A stretch of DNA of 63,961 nucleotides, the filler included, from Nemertoderma westbladi (taxonomy: Eukaryota; Animalia; Xenacoelomorpha): assembly GCA_032718475.1 (NCBI GenBank). It is 3 parts of 3 records of this genome, joined end to end, with 100 filler letters (N's around TTAATTAATTAA, not from the genome) between each part and the next. Parts side by side here need not be neighbours in the genome. Positions count along the whole stretch, not along the records: positions 59,072 to 63,961 come from JAUCBJ010008825.1; 2 more parts are not named here. One strand, written 5' to 3'. Position 1 is the first letter of the stretch. Every line of letters starts with the position of its first letter. Positions 62,965 through 63,961 of the stretch are shown piece after piece. Both the position numbers and the translations under genes were made by a program. The notes under the pieces are model-generated. The model made no database searches. It had not been told where the DNA came from and saw only the letters and a program-made list of their open reading frames with translations.

Positions 62965-63890
62965 TCTATATAGAATTAGACCTCACATAGAGATACTGCT
63001 GCGTAAGAGCCAAAACGGATTTCGACCAAGTAGATCAACAATAGCTCAGATACTTGCACTATGGAGACTGATTGGGGGAATTAAGTCAAAGAATCTCCCC
63101 GCTGTCCTGACTTTTGTGGACTTCAAGAAAGCATTCGACTCAATCCATAGATATAAAATGCTGGAAATCCTGAGAGCTTATGGAATACCAGAGGTAATTG
63201 TGGCTCGAATTGGATTATTATATTGTGACACAGTGTACTGCAAGGTGACACATTGGCACCATTACTATTCGTAATTGTGCTGGATTACGCAATGAGGACG
63301 GCCACAAAGGGTGAAGATCTGGGATTCACACTACAAGAATGCAGAAGCTGTAGATATCCGGCAACTACAGTCACAGACACCGACTTTGCGGATGACATCG
63401 CCCTGCTCTCCAATACGCTAGCAGATGCACAGCTTCTAATGAATAAAGTGGAGAGGGCTGCTAAGGAGGTTGGATTGCTTATAAATGCTACCAAGACCGA
63501 ATTCTGACTTTTAATGATAATGGAAACTTGACAACAATTGATAATAATCAACCAAGGAAGGTTGACGACTTCCTGTACCTTGGGTCATGGATAGAGAGTA
63601 GCAAAAAAGACATAGAAGTTAGGAAAGCAAAGGCATGTTTAGCTCTATCAAAAATGGATACCATCTGGTAATCAGATCTCTCCAGGCACCTGAAGACAAA
63701 GTTATTTGGAGCCACAGTGGAAAGTGTACTTTTATACAGGGGTGAGACCTGGACACTGATGAAATCATTTGAACACCGAATTGATGATTGCTACACAAGA
63801 CTTCTAAGGGCAGCCCTAAAACATCAGTTGGAGATAACACATGACAAACGCCAAGCTCTATACCACCTGTATCAACCACCCTCCGTGAAT
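62965..63890 (+). pseudogene. decayed RTE LINE of a second subfamily
   Basis: QNGFRPSRST, FVDFKKAFDSIHR, DTDFADDIALL, FLYLGSW. Confidence 0.85.
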
Positions 63891-63961
63891 CTACCTGTGT
63901 ACCTTGTAAGTTGTAACTGCCAACCAGTGATTTATTATCAGTCCAATATCGGAATGTTTAC

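Overview
This is repeat-rich, AT-rich nuclear DNA from an animal, most likely an invertebrate; the species cannot be fixed from the sequence. It is not prokaryotic, and it contains two 100-nt scaffold gaps. The window opens with mitochondrial-type DNA (tRNA cluster S1-Q-H-C-G-M-N-V plus the 5' part of rrnL), probably a NUMT. Host genes are a two-exon TPX2 whose single intron is almost all minisatellite, an intronless FABP/iLBP, a four-exon ATP synthase gamma, an intronless M1AP and an isolated calcium-binding EGF exon. The rest is nested mobile DNA: a near full-length L2 LINE, a 3.45-kb Foldback/MULE-like element with a 9-bp TSD, a Mag-like Gypsy split by a MULE-type element, several RTE, CR1/Crack and CRE LINE fragments, tRNA-derived SINEs, many MITEs and a Penelope-like hairpin with a hammerhead motif. 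The L2 sits in a 21-bp satellite, carries an elastin-like coding minisatellite in ORF2 and has an in-frame TGA-CTA ORF1/ORF2 junction. The most interesting cross-cutting signal is the abundance of TA-bounded motifs (TACCGGTA, TAGGCCTA, TACWGTA). Comparing repeat copies shows some are insertions at TA sites, they cluster near gene 5' ends and two sit in frame in coding sequence. I found no clearly new multi-gene system. All calls were made by eye without database searches.
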